Assembly (NCBI GenBank): GCA_018825985.1
Contig: JAHKAP010000002.1
Location: 650 to 64,649 of the forward strand
Direction of reading: 5' to 3'
Origin: Candidatus Omnitrophota bacterium
Lineage (GTDB): Bacteria > Omnitrophota > Gorgyraeia > Gygaellales > Profunditerraquicolaceae
Length of the DNA stretch: 64,000 nucleotides
The notes beneath the pieces are model-generated. The model saw only the letters and a program-made list of their open reading frames with translations. It ran no database searches and was not told where the DNA came from. The position numbers were made by a program, and so were the translations under genes. Every line of letters starts with the position of its first letter. Position 1 is the first letter of the stretch. Below are positions 19,150-27,608 of this stretch, one piece after another.

Positions 19150-20367
19150 ATGATCTATAAATATAAGGCTAAGAACGGACCGGAAAATTCAGTAGAAGGA
19201 AAGATATCCGCCCAGTCAGAAAATGATGCGATCGAAAAAATTACCCAAATGGGCTATGTGCCGGTAAGCATCCAGGAAGAAGCCCAAAATCAAAGGCAAT
19301 CCAGGGTTTTTAATCTAAATTTTAGCTTCGCCAGGGTTAGTTCTCAAGACATAACGATTTTTAGTTCTCAATTGGCCAGCCTGCTTAAATCCGGAGTGCC
19401 TTTTTTGAATGCCATAAACATAATATCCGAACAGTCGGAGAACCCGAATTTCAAGAATGTTCTTAAGAACATCCACAATATAGTAAAAGAAGGGTCTGAT
19501 TTTTCTACAGCCCTTAGCCAATATCCTTCAGTTTTTTCCCCGCTTTACCTGGCTATGGTGCGCACCGGTGAAAATAGCGGGCAGCTGCCGGAAGTGCTTT
19601 TAAAGATTGCGGAATACCGCAAGAAACAGGAGGAGGTGCTCTCACGCCTGCGCATGGCCATGGCCTATCCGATCCTGATGGTAATCGTTGGTTTAGGGAC
19701 GATTATTTTTATGTTAACTTTTGTTATTCCCCGCCTAACCAGGCTTTATTCGAACATGGGCCAGGTATTACCCCTGCCAACCAGGATCCTGATAGCTTTA
19801 AGCGATGGATTAAGACAGTGGTGGTTATGGATAGTAATATTTTTAGTGCTTTTGGTTACTCTTATCCGGCGTCAGGCTCAGACTGATGCGGGCAGGTTAT
19901 CGATTAGTATCCTTAAACTGCGCCTGCCGATCTTCGGTAAATTAATGCTTAAATCTGAATTAGGCCGGTTTTGCCGGACCCTGGAGTTATTGATAAAAAG
20001 CGGAGTGCCGATCCTGCGGGCGATCCACATAAGTATACCGGTTTTAGGCAATGAGGTTATAAAATTAAAATTCAAGAAAAGCTATAAAGACCTGGAACAG
20101 GGCGGTTCTTTCGGATCAAGCCTTAAGGATTCCAGGGTAATACCGGTATTTATGAGTAATCTCATTATAGTTGGCGAGCAATCCGGCAGGCTTTATGAGG
20201 CCCTGGCTGAAGTCGCGGGTACTTATGAGCGCGATACTGATGAGGCTATTAAGACCATGAGCAGCCTTTTGGAGCCGATAATGGTTTTGGTAATGGGCCT
20301 GGTCGTGGGATTTATTGTAGTAGCTATGCTTTTACCGATATTTGAGATCAATATGATGGTGCGTTAG
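19150..20367 (+). CDS. gspF: GspF/PilC inner-membrane platform protein
   Basis: QLASLLKSGVP, GENSGQL, AMAYP, GEQSGRL, LLEPIM, AMLLPIF; ATG at 19150 preferred over TTG at 19138. Confidence 0.95.
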   Translation: MIYKYKAKNGPENSVEGKISAQSENDAIEKITQMGYVPVSIQEEAQNQRQSRVFNLNFSFARVSSQDITIFSSQLASLLKSGVPFLNAINIISEQSENPNFKNVLKNIHNIVKEGSDFSTALSQYPSVFSPLYLAMVRTGENSGQLPEVLLKIAEYRKKQEEVLSRLRMAMAYPILMVIVGLGTIIFMLTFVIPRLTRLYSNMGQVLPLPTRILIALSDGLRQWWLWIVIFLVLLVTLIRRQAQTDAGRLSISILKLRLPIFGKLMLKSELGRFCRTLELLIKSGVPILRAIHISIPVLGNEVIKLKFKKSYKDLEQGGSFGSSLKDSRVIPVFMSNLIIVGEQSGRLYEALAEVAGTYERDTDEAIKTMSSLLEPIMVLVMGLVVGFIVVAMLLPIFEINMMVR

Positions 20368-20422
20368 TATGGAAAATATAAAGAGGGTATTTATTACTGA
20401 TAACGGTAAAGAGGCTTAAGTA

Positions 20423-21292
20423 GTGCCTATTATCGTAGTTCCGAAGAAAATAACCCTCCTTTTGCTCATACTTTCAATTCTTTGTTCAATAAACAGCTCA
20501 GCGGCTTCAGACTGGAAAGAATTAAGTAGCGAGCATTTTATACTTTATTATATGAACGATGAAAATTTTTCTTCTCAGGTTTTGAATAAAGCTGAGAATT
20601 ATTATCAGCGGATCGCTTCGGACCTGGGCTATGCCAGGAATTCTAACTTTTGGACCTGGAATAATAGAGCAAAGATATATATATATCCCGATCACGGTTC
20701 TTTTATGAGATCAACCGGCCAGCCTGACTGGTCTAAAGGGATGGCTGATTATAATAAAAAGGAGATAGTCAGCTTTTTGGGTTCGGGAAGTTTTGTAGAA
20801 TCGATATTGCCGCATGAGATGACTCATTTGATCTTTCGGGATTTTGTGGGATTTAAGGGTGAGATCCCGCTCTGGCTGGAAGAGGGCATCGCTCAGTGGG
20901 AAGAAGAGAAAGACAGGGAGATGTTTAGGGATTATCTCGGGAAATATCTGAGCAAGAATCTCCTTATATCCCTAGAAGAGCTCAATGTCCTGGATATACG
21001 AAACATTAAAAAAGAAGACCGGCTTTATTTAAGGGTAATATACGCCGGCGAGTCTAAGGGATTTCCGGTATTCTTAAGCGGGGATAATCTGGTTAAAGTA
21101 TATTATATGGAATCGGTGTCTATAGTAAGTTTTCTTATTGAAATATACGGAACGGATAGTTTTGTTTCCCTCTGCCGCGGATTGCGGGAAGGAAAAACTT
21201 TTGCGGACGCTTTAAAATCAGCTTATTCTCCGTTGATAAATTCTATGTCAGAACTTGAAAATAAATGGATTGAATATCTGCGGAAGTTTTAA
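20423..21292 (+). CDS. Secreted gluzincin (peptidase MA-like) metallopeptidase
   Basis: Signal-peptide-like N-terminus; HEMTH followed by WLEEGIAQWEE. Confidence 0.8.
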   Translation: MPIIVVPKKITLLLLILSILCSINSSAASDWKELSSEHFILYYMNDENFSSQVLNKAENYYQRIASDLGYARNSNFWTWNNRAKIYIYPDHGSFMRSTGQPDWSKGMADYNKKEIVSFLGSGSFVESILPHEMTHLIFRDFVGFKGEIPLWLEEGIAQWEEEKDREMFRDYLGKYLSKNLLISLEELNVLDIRNIKKEDRLYLRVIYAGESKGFPVFLSGDNLVKVYYMESVSIVSFLIEIYGTDSFVSLCRGLREGKTFADALKSAYSPLINSMSELENKWIEYLRKF

Positions 21293-21312
21293 CTAAGCAA
21301 GGGAGGTATTTT

Positions 21313-21717
21313 ATGAAAAGGATTAAAGGCTTTACACTTATCGAATTGATGCTGGTCGTTGTAATTATTGGGGCATTGGTAGCTATGGTAATGCCGCGGC
21401 TGACCGGCAGAAGCGAGCAGGCCAGGACTACCGCCGCTTCAGCTGATATCCAGGCTAATATCGCTACCGCTTTAAAGCTTTACGAACTGGATAACGGCAA
21501 TTTTCCTACCACGGAAGAAGGTTTAAACGCCCTTTTAACCAGGCCGGCTAGCGCGAGGAATTGGAGCGGGCCATATTTAGAGAGAAAGCCGATTGACCCT
21601 TGGGGCAGGGAATATAATTATAAGTGCCCGGGTGAACACCGGCCGGCGGATTATGATTTGTATTCTTTAGGCAAGGATGGCGCAGAAAGCCCCGATGATG
21701 TTAAAAACTGGGAATAA
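21313..21717 (+). CDS. gspG: Major pseudopilin GspG
   Basis: KG|FTLIELMLVVVIIG, LYELDNGNFPTTEEGLNAL, WSGPYL, DPWGREY, DLYSLGKDG; SD GGAGG. Confidence 0.95.
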   Translation: MKRIKGFTLIELMLVVVIIGALVAMVMPRLTGRSEQARTTAASADIQANIATALKLYELDNGNFPTTEEGLNALLTRPASARNWSGPYLERKPIDPWGREYNYKCPGEHRPADYDLYSLGKDGAESPDDVKNWE

Positions 21718-22096
21718 AGGGTTTACACTAATTGAGGTGTTAGTTGCTGCCGCGGTTTTATCCTTGGGATTGGTATTTATTTACGAAGCTTTTTTTATCT
21801 CGTTGGATACCTTTAGATATTATTCGGATTACCTGAATATCGCTCCCAAAGCGGAGGAAATACTCTGGCTCACTCAGGATTCGCTGATCCGTACAGGCGT
21901 GGTTTATAATATGGACCAGGCAGGAGGATCAGTAATAAACGACAGCAGCGGTATTCTCTTGAATTTTAATATAGCCAGTAGCCTTGTAGATGACAAATAC
22001 GGCCTTTACGAGGTTGGTTTAAATGCTGTTTGGAAGAATGGAAAAAGATTGCGCAGCACAACCCGGGACAGTTATGTTATCCGCCAAATTAAATAA
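21695..22096 (+). CDS. Minor pseudopilin (GspI-like)
   Basis: NKG|FTLIEVLVAAAVL class III signal; start overlaps the gspG end (21695 or 21698). Confidence 0.8.
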   Translation: MMLKTGNKGFTLIEVLVAAAVLSLGLVFIYEAFFISLDTFRYYSDYLNIAPKAEEILWLTQDSLIRTGVVYNMDQAGGSVINDSSGILLNFNIASSLVDDKYGLYEVGLNAVWKNGKRLRSTTRDSYVIRQIK

Positions 22097-22100
22097 CCGT

Positions 22101-22176
22101 CCCGCACCTTCTAAAAAATTAAATGATTTTAAAACAAATGGTTTTAGTATTATGAATAGAAAAGAAGGTGCGGGGT
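22101..22176. repeat. Family F palindromic element (CCCGCACCTTCT...AGAAGGTGCGGG), right arm inside the pilin CDS
   Basis: 12-bp inverted repeat; homologs at 45644-45683 and 46126-46203. Confidence 0.85.
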
Positions 22177-22730
22177 TCACCCTTATAGAGTTATTGATGG
22201 TTGTTTCAATGCTTTCAGTCATCTCCCTGGCTATTTTTTCTACTTTTAATAACGGGATAAAAATCTGGCAGAAGGTTAATAAACAATCAGATCGCGAGGA
22301 TATCAATATTTTTCTTGATAAGTTTGTCTCGGACTTGAGGAACACCCTTAGTTTTACCGGAATAAGTTTTATCGGGACTGAAAATAAAATCAGCTTTCCC
22401 CGTATAGTTAATAGCAAAAACCTGGTTGTGAATACGGTCGGTAGGATTATTTACAGTTATGATGACGGGGCGCGTTTAATTTTCCGCCAGCAGCAGGATT
22501 TTTCTCAGGTTGCCACAGATAAAGAATCTTTTAACCAGAGAGTATTAGGAAATGTTACATCGTTTAGATTCCAATATTATCATTATGATACCGATAAAAA
22601 AGAATATCTTTGGCTTAAAGAATGGAATAGTTTGCAGACGCCTTTAGCGGTAAGAATCGAATTCGAGAATTTAAATAAAGATAAAAAGGCTGAATTTACA
22701 AGAAGTGTTTTTATACCGGTAGGTTTCTAA
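22152..22730 (+). CDS. Minor pseudopilin (GspJ-like)
   Basis: MNRKEGAG|FTLIELLMVV class III signal; C-terminal W...W....PLAVRIEF typical of GspJ-like proteins. Confidence 0.8.
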   Translation: MNRKEGAGFTLIELLMVVSMLSVISLAIFSTFNNGIKIWQKVNKQSDREDINIFLDKFVSDLRNTLSFTGISFIGTENKISFPRIVNSKNLVVNTVGRIIYSYDDGARLIFRQQQDFSQVATDKESFNQRVLGNVTSFRFQYYHYDTDKKEYLWLKEWNSLQTPLAVRIEFENLNKDKKAEFTRSVFIPVGF

Positions 22731-22732
22731 GA

Positions 22733-23749
22733 ATGCTGAAAAAAAATAACCCCGCTCTTAAGGCGAGCATACTAATTATTAGCCTTTGGACGGTTTGTTT
22801 GCTGTCCATATTTTGCGTGTATTTAGGGTATAATGTCCGGCAAAAGATAACTCTGGTCAAGCGCCTGGAAGAGAGGAATAAGCTTTATTATATCGCCGAC
22901 GCGGGGGTAAAAAAAGCGATTGTCTGTTTGTTAGGCGTTGATCCGGAAATTGAGTATATGGCGCTCAATGGTGATTGGGCAGATAACCCCGGGCTATTCC
23001 AGGACATTGATTTTAATGGAGGAAGTTTTAGCGTCGGCTATAATTATTCTTCCGGAGGCGCAACTCAGACCAGATACGGACTGGTAGACGAGGAGCGCAA
23101 GGTGAATATAAACACGGCTGATGCCGGAGTGCTGCGGCGTTTATTTCAATTAGTTCTAAATTTTTCGGAAGGGGAGGCCTCAGGCTTAGCTTATTCGATT
23201 ATTGATTGGAGGGATAGCGACAACCAGTTATCCGACTCCGCAAGAGGAGCAGAGTCCGCCTATTATCATTCGCTTAAATACCCTTATAGCTGCAAGAATT
23301 CCGAATTTGAGATTTTAGAAGAGGTCCTTCTTATTAAAGGAATGAGTGAGGATATTTCTAACAAGATCAAAGACTATATTACTATATACGGCGATGGGCG
23401 GGTAAACATTAATACCGCGTCTTTGGAGGTTTTACTGGCTTTGGGATTAAGCCCGAAGATCTGCGCTGATATAATCGAATTTAGAAAAGGTAAGGACGCG
23501 GCAGAAGGCACAACCGATGATAATTTTTTTTCTCAAAATTCGGATATTGCCACGCGCCTTCAAACAAGGTATAATTTAAACCAAATAGAAATGGCTGAAG
23601 TAGAGAGCGTGGCCTCAAATTACCTGTCGTGTAATTCGTTTTTTTTTATGATCCGCAGTGTCGCCAGGCTCACAGATAAAAAGAATCAACTGGAAGTAAT
23701 TTGCGTTGTCAACAGGTTGGGTGATATTTTATATTGGCGGGAGACGTAA
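22733..23749 (+). CDS. gspK: Minor pseudopilin GspK
   Basis: Hydrophobic N-helix, DEERKVNINTA, IIDWRDSD, EEVLLIKGM, GRVNINTASLEVL. Confidence 0.9.
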   Translation: MLKKNNPALKASILIISLWTVCLLSIFCVYLGYNVRQKITLVKRLEERNKLYYIADAGVKKAIVCLLGVDPEIEYMALNGDWADNPGLFQDIDFNGGSFSVGYNYSSGGATQTRYGLVDEERKVNINTADAGVLRRLFQLVLNFSEGEASGLAYSIIDWRDSDNQLSDSARGAESAYYHSLKYPYSCKNSEFEILEEVLLIKGMSEDISNKIKDYITIYGDGRVNINTASLEVLLALGLSPKICADIIEFRKGKDAAEGTTDDNFFSQNSDIATRLQTRYNLNQIEMAEVESVASNYLSCNSFFFMIRSVARLTDKKNQLEVICVVNRLGDILYWRET

Positions 23750-25197
23750 TGTTTATATCGGGAATCAGGCGAAGGGACCTGGTAGGAATAGAGTTCGGCG
23801 CTAATAAGCTTAAACTTGCTTATCTGCGTTGTTTAGGCGGCAAACGGGAATTAGCCGGTGTTGTCAGTAAAGATACGCTCGGATGCTCGGATACCGATAT
23901 CTCGGGTGTTATTCTTGCCTTTCTTAACCAGCATAATATCAAGAACCCGGAGTTTATCAGTGTCATATCATCCAGCTCGGTAATAACTAAGAACATAGAA
24001 GTGCCCTCGGTTGATCCCCAAGAGATCAAGGGGATCATAAATCTCCAGGCTGCCAGGCATACGCCTTATTCCCGCGAAGAGATCATCGTCGACTATATAG
24101 ATATAGGTAATTATAAAAATAACTATACCAAAATATTGCTGGTGATAGTAGTCTCGAGCCTTATAAAAAAATACGTTGAAATCTTAGGGGGGGCCGGTTT
24201 AGGGATTGAAAAAGTACTTTTGGCGTCCGAGGGTATGGCCTGGGCCGCTATGCATATCCTTAAAGTCGAAAATAAGGATATCCCTGTTTGCCTTCTGCAC
24301 ATAGATGAGAATTCTAGCGATTTTGCGATTGTCTTTAAGAATAAATTGGCCTTTATCCGCTCTATACCTATAGGGGCTAAGGCGCTATCGGGTGAGTTCG
24401 ATATACAAAAGGATAAATATTGCGAAGAAGTAAAAAAATCCATGGAATCATATCAAGGCGAGGACATAGAAAAAAATCCCGGGAGTATTTTGATTACCGG
24501 GGCTATTGATGGGCTAAAAGGCCTTGAAACCGCTTTATCCCTGGCGTTGAATAAGGATAGCCGGGTGGTCCCGTATTTAAGGAATATTTCTATTTCTAAA
24601 GATCTTTTAAAAAGCATAGATGTATCAGCGGCTTCATATTTTAATCTGGTGAGCCCTCTATTGGCTTGTGATGATATGTTGGTTGATCTTATTCCCGAAG
24701 AGGCAAAGATAAAAAAAGAGCTTGAGGCCAGGGGAAGGGACTTGATTAAAAGCGGGATTCTAGTCCTGACTTTTTTTATTCTGGTATTTTTTATTTTAAT
24801 GAGCAAAATTTATTTTAAAAGTTTTTATTTAAATAAAATCGACTCCCGCTATAAAGGTATCAATCAGGAAGCCTCTAAACTGGAGAAAGATTTTGACCGG
24901 ATAAACCTGATTAAGAATTATCTGGGGAAAAGGGGGTATCCTCTGGAGATCTTGACTGAGATTTACGGACTTTTACCACTGCAGATAGAATTAAGCGATC
25001 TGCGTTTCGACGAACAAGGAAAATTCGTAGTCCGGGGGAGTGCGGAATCGATGTCCACGGTTTTTAGTTTCGTTGACGAAATGGAGAGGTCTAAATATTT
25101 TAAAGACGTAAAGACCAAGTATACCACCCGGCGCAAGCAGGATAAGAAGGATGTTACCGATTTTGAGATAAACTGCCTGCTGGAAAAGGAAGGATAA
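23749..25197 (+). CDS. PilM-PilN fusion / GspL-like alignment protein
   Basis: Actin-like N-domain (VGIEFG, HTPY..EEIIVDY, FIRSIPIG, LITG), VDLIPEE linker, TM helix, periplasmic PilN-like domain. Confidence 0.85.
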   Translation: MFISGIRRRDLVGIEFGANKLKLAYLRCLGGKRELAGVVSKDTLGCSDTDISGVILAFLNQHNIKNPEFISVISSSSVITKNIEVPSVDPQEIKGIINLQAARHTPYSREEIIVDYIDIGNYKNNYTKILLVIVVSSLIKKYVEILGGAGLGIEKVLLASEGMAWAAMHILKVENKDIPVCLLHIDENSSDFAIVFKNKLAFIRSIPIGAKALSGEFDIQKDKYCEEVKKSMESYQGEDIEKNPGSILITGAIDGLKGLETALSLALNKDSRVVPYLRNISISKDLLKSIDVSAASYFNLVSPLLACDDMLVDLIPEEAKIKKELEARGRDLIKSGILVLTFFILVFFILMSKIYFKSFYLNKIDSRYKGINQEASKLEKDFDRINLIKNYLGKRGYPLEILTEIYGLLPLQIELSDLRFDEQGKFVVRGSAESMSTVFSFVDEMERSKYFKDVKTKYTTRRKQDKKDVTDFEINCLLEKEG

Positions 25198-25754
25198 TGA
25201 TAAAACTAGAGGCCATCAATTCATTCCTGGCCCGTTTGAACAAAAGAGAAAAGCTTATCTTGTACTGCGCTCTAGCCGTTATCTCGCTGACCCTCTTGGA
25301 CCGGCTGGTTATAAGTCCGGTAACATCCAGGATCCAGGGATTATCAGCAGAGATTCTTGATAAACATACCGCTATTAAAAGAAGCTTAAAGATCCTATCT
25401 CAAAAAGACAAAATATTGGCTGAGGCCGCTAAGTATAACCCTTATCTCGATGGGTTAAAAAGCGAAGATGAAGAGATGACCAGCATATTAAGGGAGATCG
25501 AAGGGTTGGCGAACAAAAGCTCGGTTTATCTGTTCGATCTCAAACCCTCCGGGGTAAAGGATATGGGCCCGTTTAAGAAATATTTTGTAACCTTAAGCTG
25601 CGAGGCTCAGGTTGAGCAGCTGGTTGGATTTTTTTATGGAATAGAGAATTCCGATAAATTGCTTTCGATCGATAAATATCAATTGATGCCCAAATCCAGC
25701 GAATCATCTGTGGCTAAATGCTCGATGACCATCTCTAAAATGACATTGCCTTAA
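25197..25754 (+). CDS. PilO/GspM-like protein
   Basis: LNKREKLIL followed by TM helix, coiled coil and ferredoxin-like domain (LVGFFYGIE...LLSI). Confidence 0.8.
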   Translation: MIKLEAINSFLARLNKREKLILYCALAVISLTLLDRLVISPVTSRIQGLSAEILDKHTAIKRSLKILSQKDKILAEAAKYNPYLDGLKSEDEEMTSILREIEGLANKSSVYLFDLKPSGVKDMGPFKKYFVTLSCEAQVEQLVGFFYGIENSDKLLSIDKYQLMPKSSESSVAKCSMTISKMTLP

Positions 25755-25763
25755 GAAAACGCC

Positions 25764-25806
25764 GGGACGGTTCTATGCTAAATAGCGATTCGAATAGAAC
25801 CGTCCC
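25764..25806. repeat. Family B short element (GGGACGGTTCTAT...ATAGAACCGTCCC), possible terminator of the T2SS operon
   Basis: 13-bp inverted repeat starting 10 bp after the stop codon. Confidence 0.85.
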
Positions 25807-25825
25807 TAAATTTTTAAAAAAAAGG

Positions 25826-25854
25826 TTGACAAACTCAAATTCATAGTGTATATT
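25826..25854 (+). promoter_or_regulatory. Sigma70 promoter for tRNA-Thr/rpmG/secE/rif cluster
   Basis: TTGACA, 17 bp, TATATT, with AT-rich UP-like tract upstream. Confidence 0.75.
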
Positions 25855-25997
25855 TGCTCGTCTACGTGAAACATAGGGAGCCTTTCCTGGCAGTCAGACG
25901 ATAATTACTTACAGGCTATTCCTAGGCGTAAAAAAAAGAGAATAATTTAAAATTCTTGAGGTGGTTTTTTTTTATTTAAGGCTACATTCAGCATAAT

Positions 25998-26070
25998 GCT
26001 GGAGTAGCTCAGTTGGTAGAGCACGTCCTTGGTAAGGACGGGGTCGCGGGTTCGATTCCCGTCTCCAGCT
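25998..26070 (+). tRNA. tRNA-Thr(GGT)
   Basis: Acceptor GCTGGAG/CTCCAGC, D arm AGCTCAGTTGGTAGAGC, anticodon stem CGTCC-TTGGTAA-GGACG, GTTCGATT T loop; CCA not encoded. Confidence 0.97.
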
Positions 26071-26103
26071 TAGCTAATCCAAGATAATTTGAAAAATAAG
26101 TCA

Positions 26104-26178
26104 TGATTCCAGTGATTAAAAGGCAGATTACGGAGAATAAAACAATCGCTGAAATCTTATTTAAAATCTTTGTAATCA
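26104..26178. repeat. Family D element (GATT-iterated left arm, AATC-iterated right arm)
   Basis: TGATTCCAG.GATTAAAAG.CAGATTAC.GAG...AATCGCTG.AATCTT....AAAATCTTTGTAATC; homologs at 47062 and 55278. Confidence 0.85.
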
Positions 26179-26190
26179 GTAACTAATAAT

Positions 26191-26340
26191 ATGCGTGAAA
26201 TTATTACATTAGAGTGTACGGTCTGTAAAAACAGAAATTACACTACGACCAAAAATAAGAAGAAGCACCAGGAAAAACTTGAAATTAAGAAATTCTGCAA
26301 GTGTTGCCGCAAGCATACTGTGCATAAAGAAATAAAATAG
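26191..26340 (+). CDS. rpmG: 50S ribosomal protein L33 (Zn-binding type)
   Basis: Manual translation [49 protein letters not shown]; below the ORF-track size cutoff. Confidence 0.97.
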   Translation: MREIITLECTVCKNRNYTTTKNKKKHQEKLEIKKFCKCCRKHTVHKEIK

Positions 26341-26360
26341 CTCTAGTTAGTTCGGGTAAT

Positions 26361-26431
26361 AGGAGCGTCGGTTAATGGCAAACCAACGGTCTCCAAAACC
26401 GTAACTGCAGGTTCGACTCCTGCCGCTCCTG
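26361..26431 (+). tRNA. tRNA-Trp(CCA)
   Basis: Acceptor AGGAGCG/CGCTCCT, anticodon stem ACGGT-CTCCAAA-ACCGT, GGTTCGACTCC; usual position before secE. Confidence 0.95.
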
Positions 26432-26459
26432 AAAAAAAGAGCCGGGCTTAAAGAAAAAA

Positions 26460-26654
26460 ATGATAGCGATAATTAGTAAACCCATAAATTTTTTAAAAGA
26501 GGCTAAGGTCGAGCTATCCAAAGTTGCCTGGTCCACTAGGCAGGAATTAACCGGGGCGACCGTGGTAGTGATCGCCATTACTTTGATATTAGGAATTTTT
26601 ATCGGTATAATCGATCTTCTGCTTTCAAAGGGTTTAAGCTTAATATTAAAATGA
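26460..26654 (+). CDS. secE: Preprotein translocase SecE
   Basis: FLKEAKVELSKVAWSTRQEL followed by a TM helix. Confidence 0.95.
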   Translation: MIAIISKPINFLKEAKVELSKVAWSTRQELTGATVVVIAITLILGIFIGIIDLLLSKGLSLILK

Positions 26655-27178
26655 AAAATTGGTACGTCGTCCACACCCAAACAGGATTAGAGGATAAAGT
26701 AAAGGCTGTATTGGAAAAGAAAATAATATCCAATAGCCTGCAGGAATTGATTTTTAAAATAGTCATACCTACTGAACAGATTTCCGAGGTCCGTTCGGGC
26801 AAACGCCGGGTCTCCGAGAGAAGGTTTTTTCCGGGCTATGTCATGGTAGAAATGGAGATGGACGATAAAACTTATTCATTCATTAAGAGCATACCCGGAG
26901 TTACCGGATTTATCGGTTCAGGCAGAAAACCTACGCCCCTGCCCCCCAGAGAAGTCGAGAACATCTTAAAAAGAACAGAAGAGACTAAAGCTAAGCCGTC
27001 CCCCCGGATAATTTTTGAAAAAGGCGAACAAGTGAGGGTCAAAGAAGGTCCATTTATGAATTTTAACGGCAGTATTGAAGAGATCCATCCGGAAAAAGGC
27101 AAACTAAAGGTTAGTATTTCCATATTCGGCAGGTCAACTCCGGTTGAATTGGAGTATTGGCAGGTGGAGAAGATATAA
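26651..27178 (+). CDS. nusG: Transcription factor NusG
   Basis: [32 protein letters not shown]. Confidence 0.98.
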   Translation: MKNWYVVHTQTGLEDKVKAVLEKKIISNSLQELIFKIVIPTEQISEVRSGKRRVSERRFFPGYVMVEMEMDDKTYSFIKSIPGVTGFIGSGRKPTPLPPREVENILKRTEETKAKPSPRIIFEKGEQVRVKEGPFMNFNGSIEEIHPEKGKLKVSISIFGRSTPVELEYWQVEKI

Positions 27179-27603
27179 TGGCAAAAAAGATTACCGCGCA
27201 GATTAAATTGCATGTTCCGGCGGCCCAGGCTAATCCAGCGCCTCCAGTAGGCCCGGCATTAGGACAACACGGGGTTAACATAATGCAGTTTTGTAAACAG
27301 TTTAACGATCAGACCAAAGGAAGGGACGGTTTGATCCTACCTGTTGTTATCAGTGTTTATGAGGACAGGACCTTCACCTTTATAATAAAGAGCCCTCCTT
27401 CATCGGTACTTTTAAAACGATCGGCGAATCTGGCTAAGGCATCGGGGACCGCCGGCAGAGAAGTTATCGGTAAGGTAACTTTAAAGCAGGTCGAAGAGAT
27501 AGCTAAACTTAAAATGAAGGACCTAAATACCTCTGATCTAGACGAGGCCATTAAAACAGTAAAAGGCACTGCCCGTAGCATGGGTTTAGCGGTTGAGGGA
27601 TAG
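27178..27603 (+). CDS. rplK: 50S ribosomal protein L11
   Basis: MAKK..., [19 protein letters not shown]; ATG overlaps the nusG stop. Confidence 0.98.
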   Translation: MAKKITAQIKLHVPAAQANPAPPVGPALGQHGVNIMQFCKQFNDQTKGRDGLILPVVISVYEDRTFTFIIKSPPSSVLLKRSANLAKASGTAGREVIGKVTLKQVEEIAKLKMKDLNTSDLDEAIKTVKGTARSMGLAVEG

Positions 27604-27608
27604 TAAAT

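Noticed and set aside
22023-22151. Longer N-terminus for the GspJ-like ORF (likewise upstream starts for rplK 27157, rplE 47442, rpsD 54491)
   Set aside because: The extensions overlap upstream genes or repeats; downstream ATGs give family-typical N-termini.
25860-25997. Known riboswitch (for example c-di-GMP) upstream of tRNA-Thr
   Set aside because: I could not match consensus motifs by eye; kept only as a low-interest possible structure.
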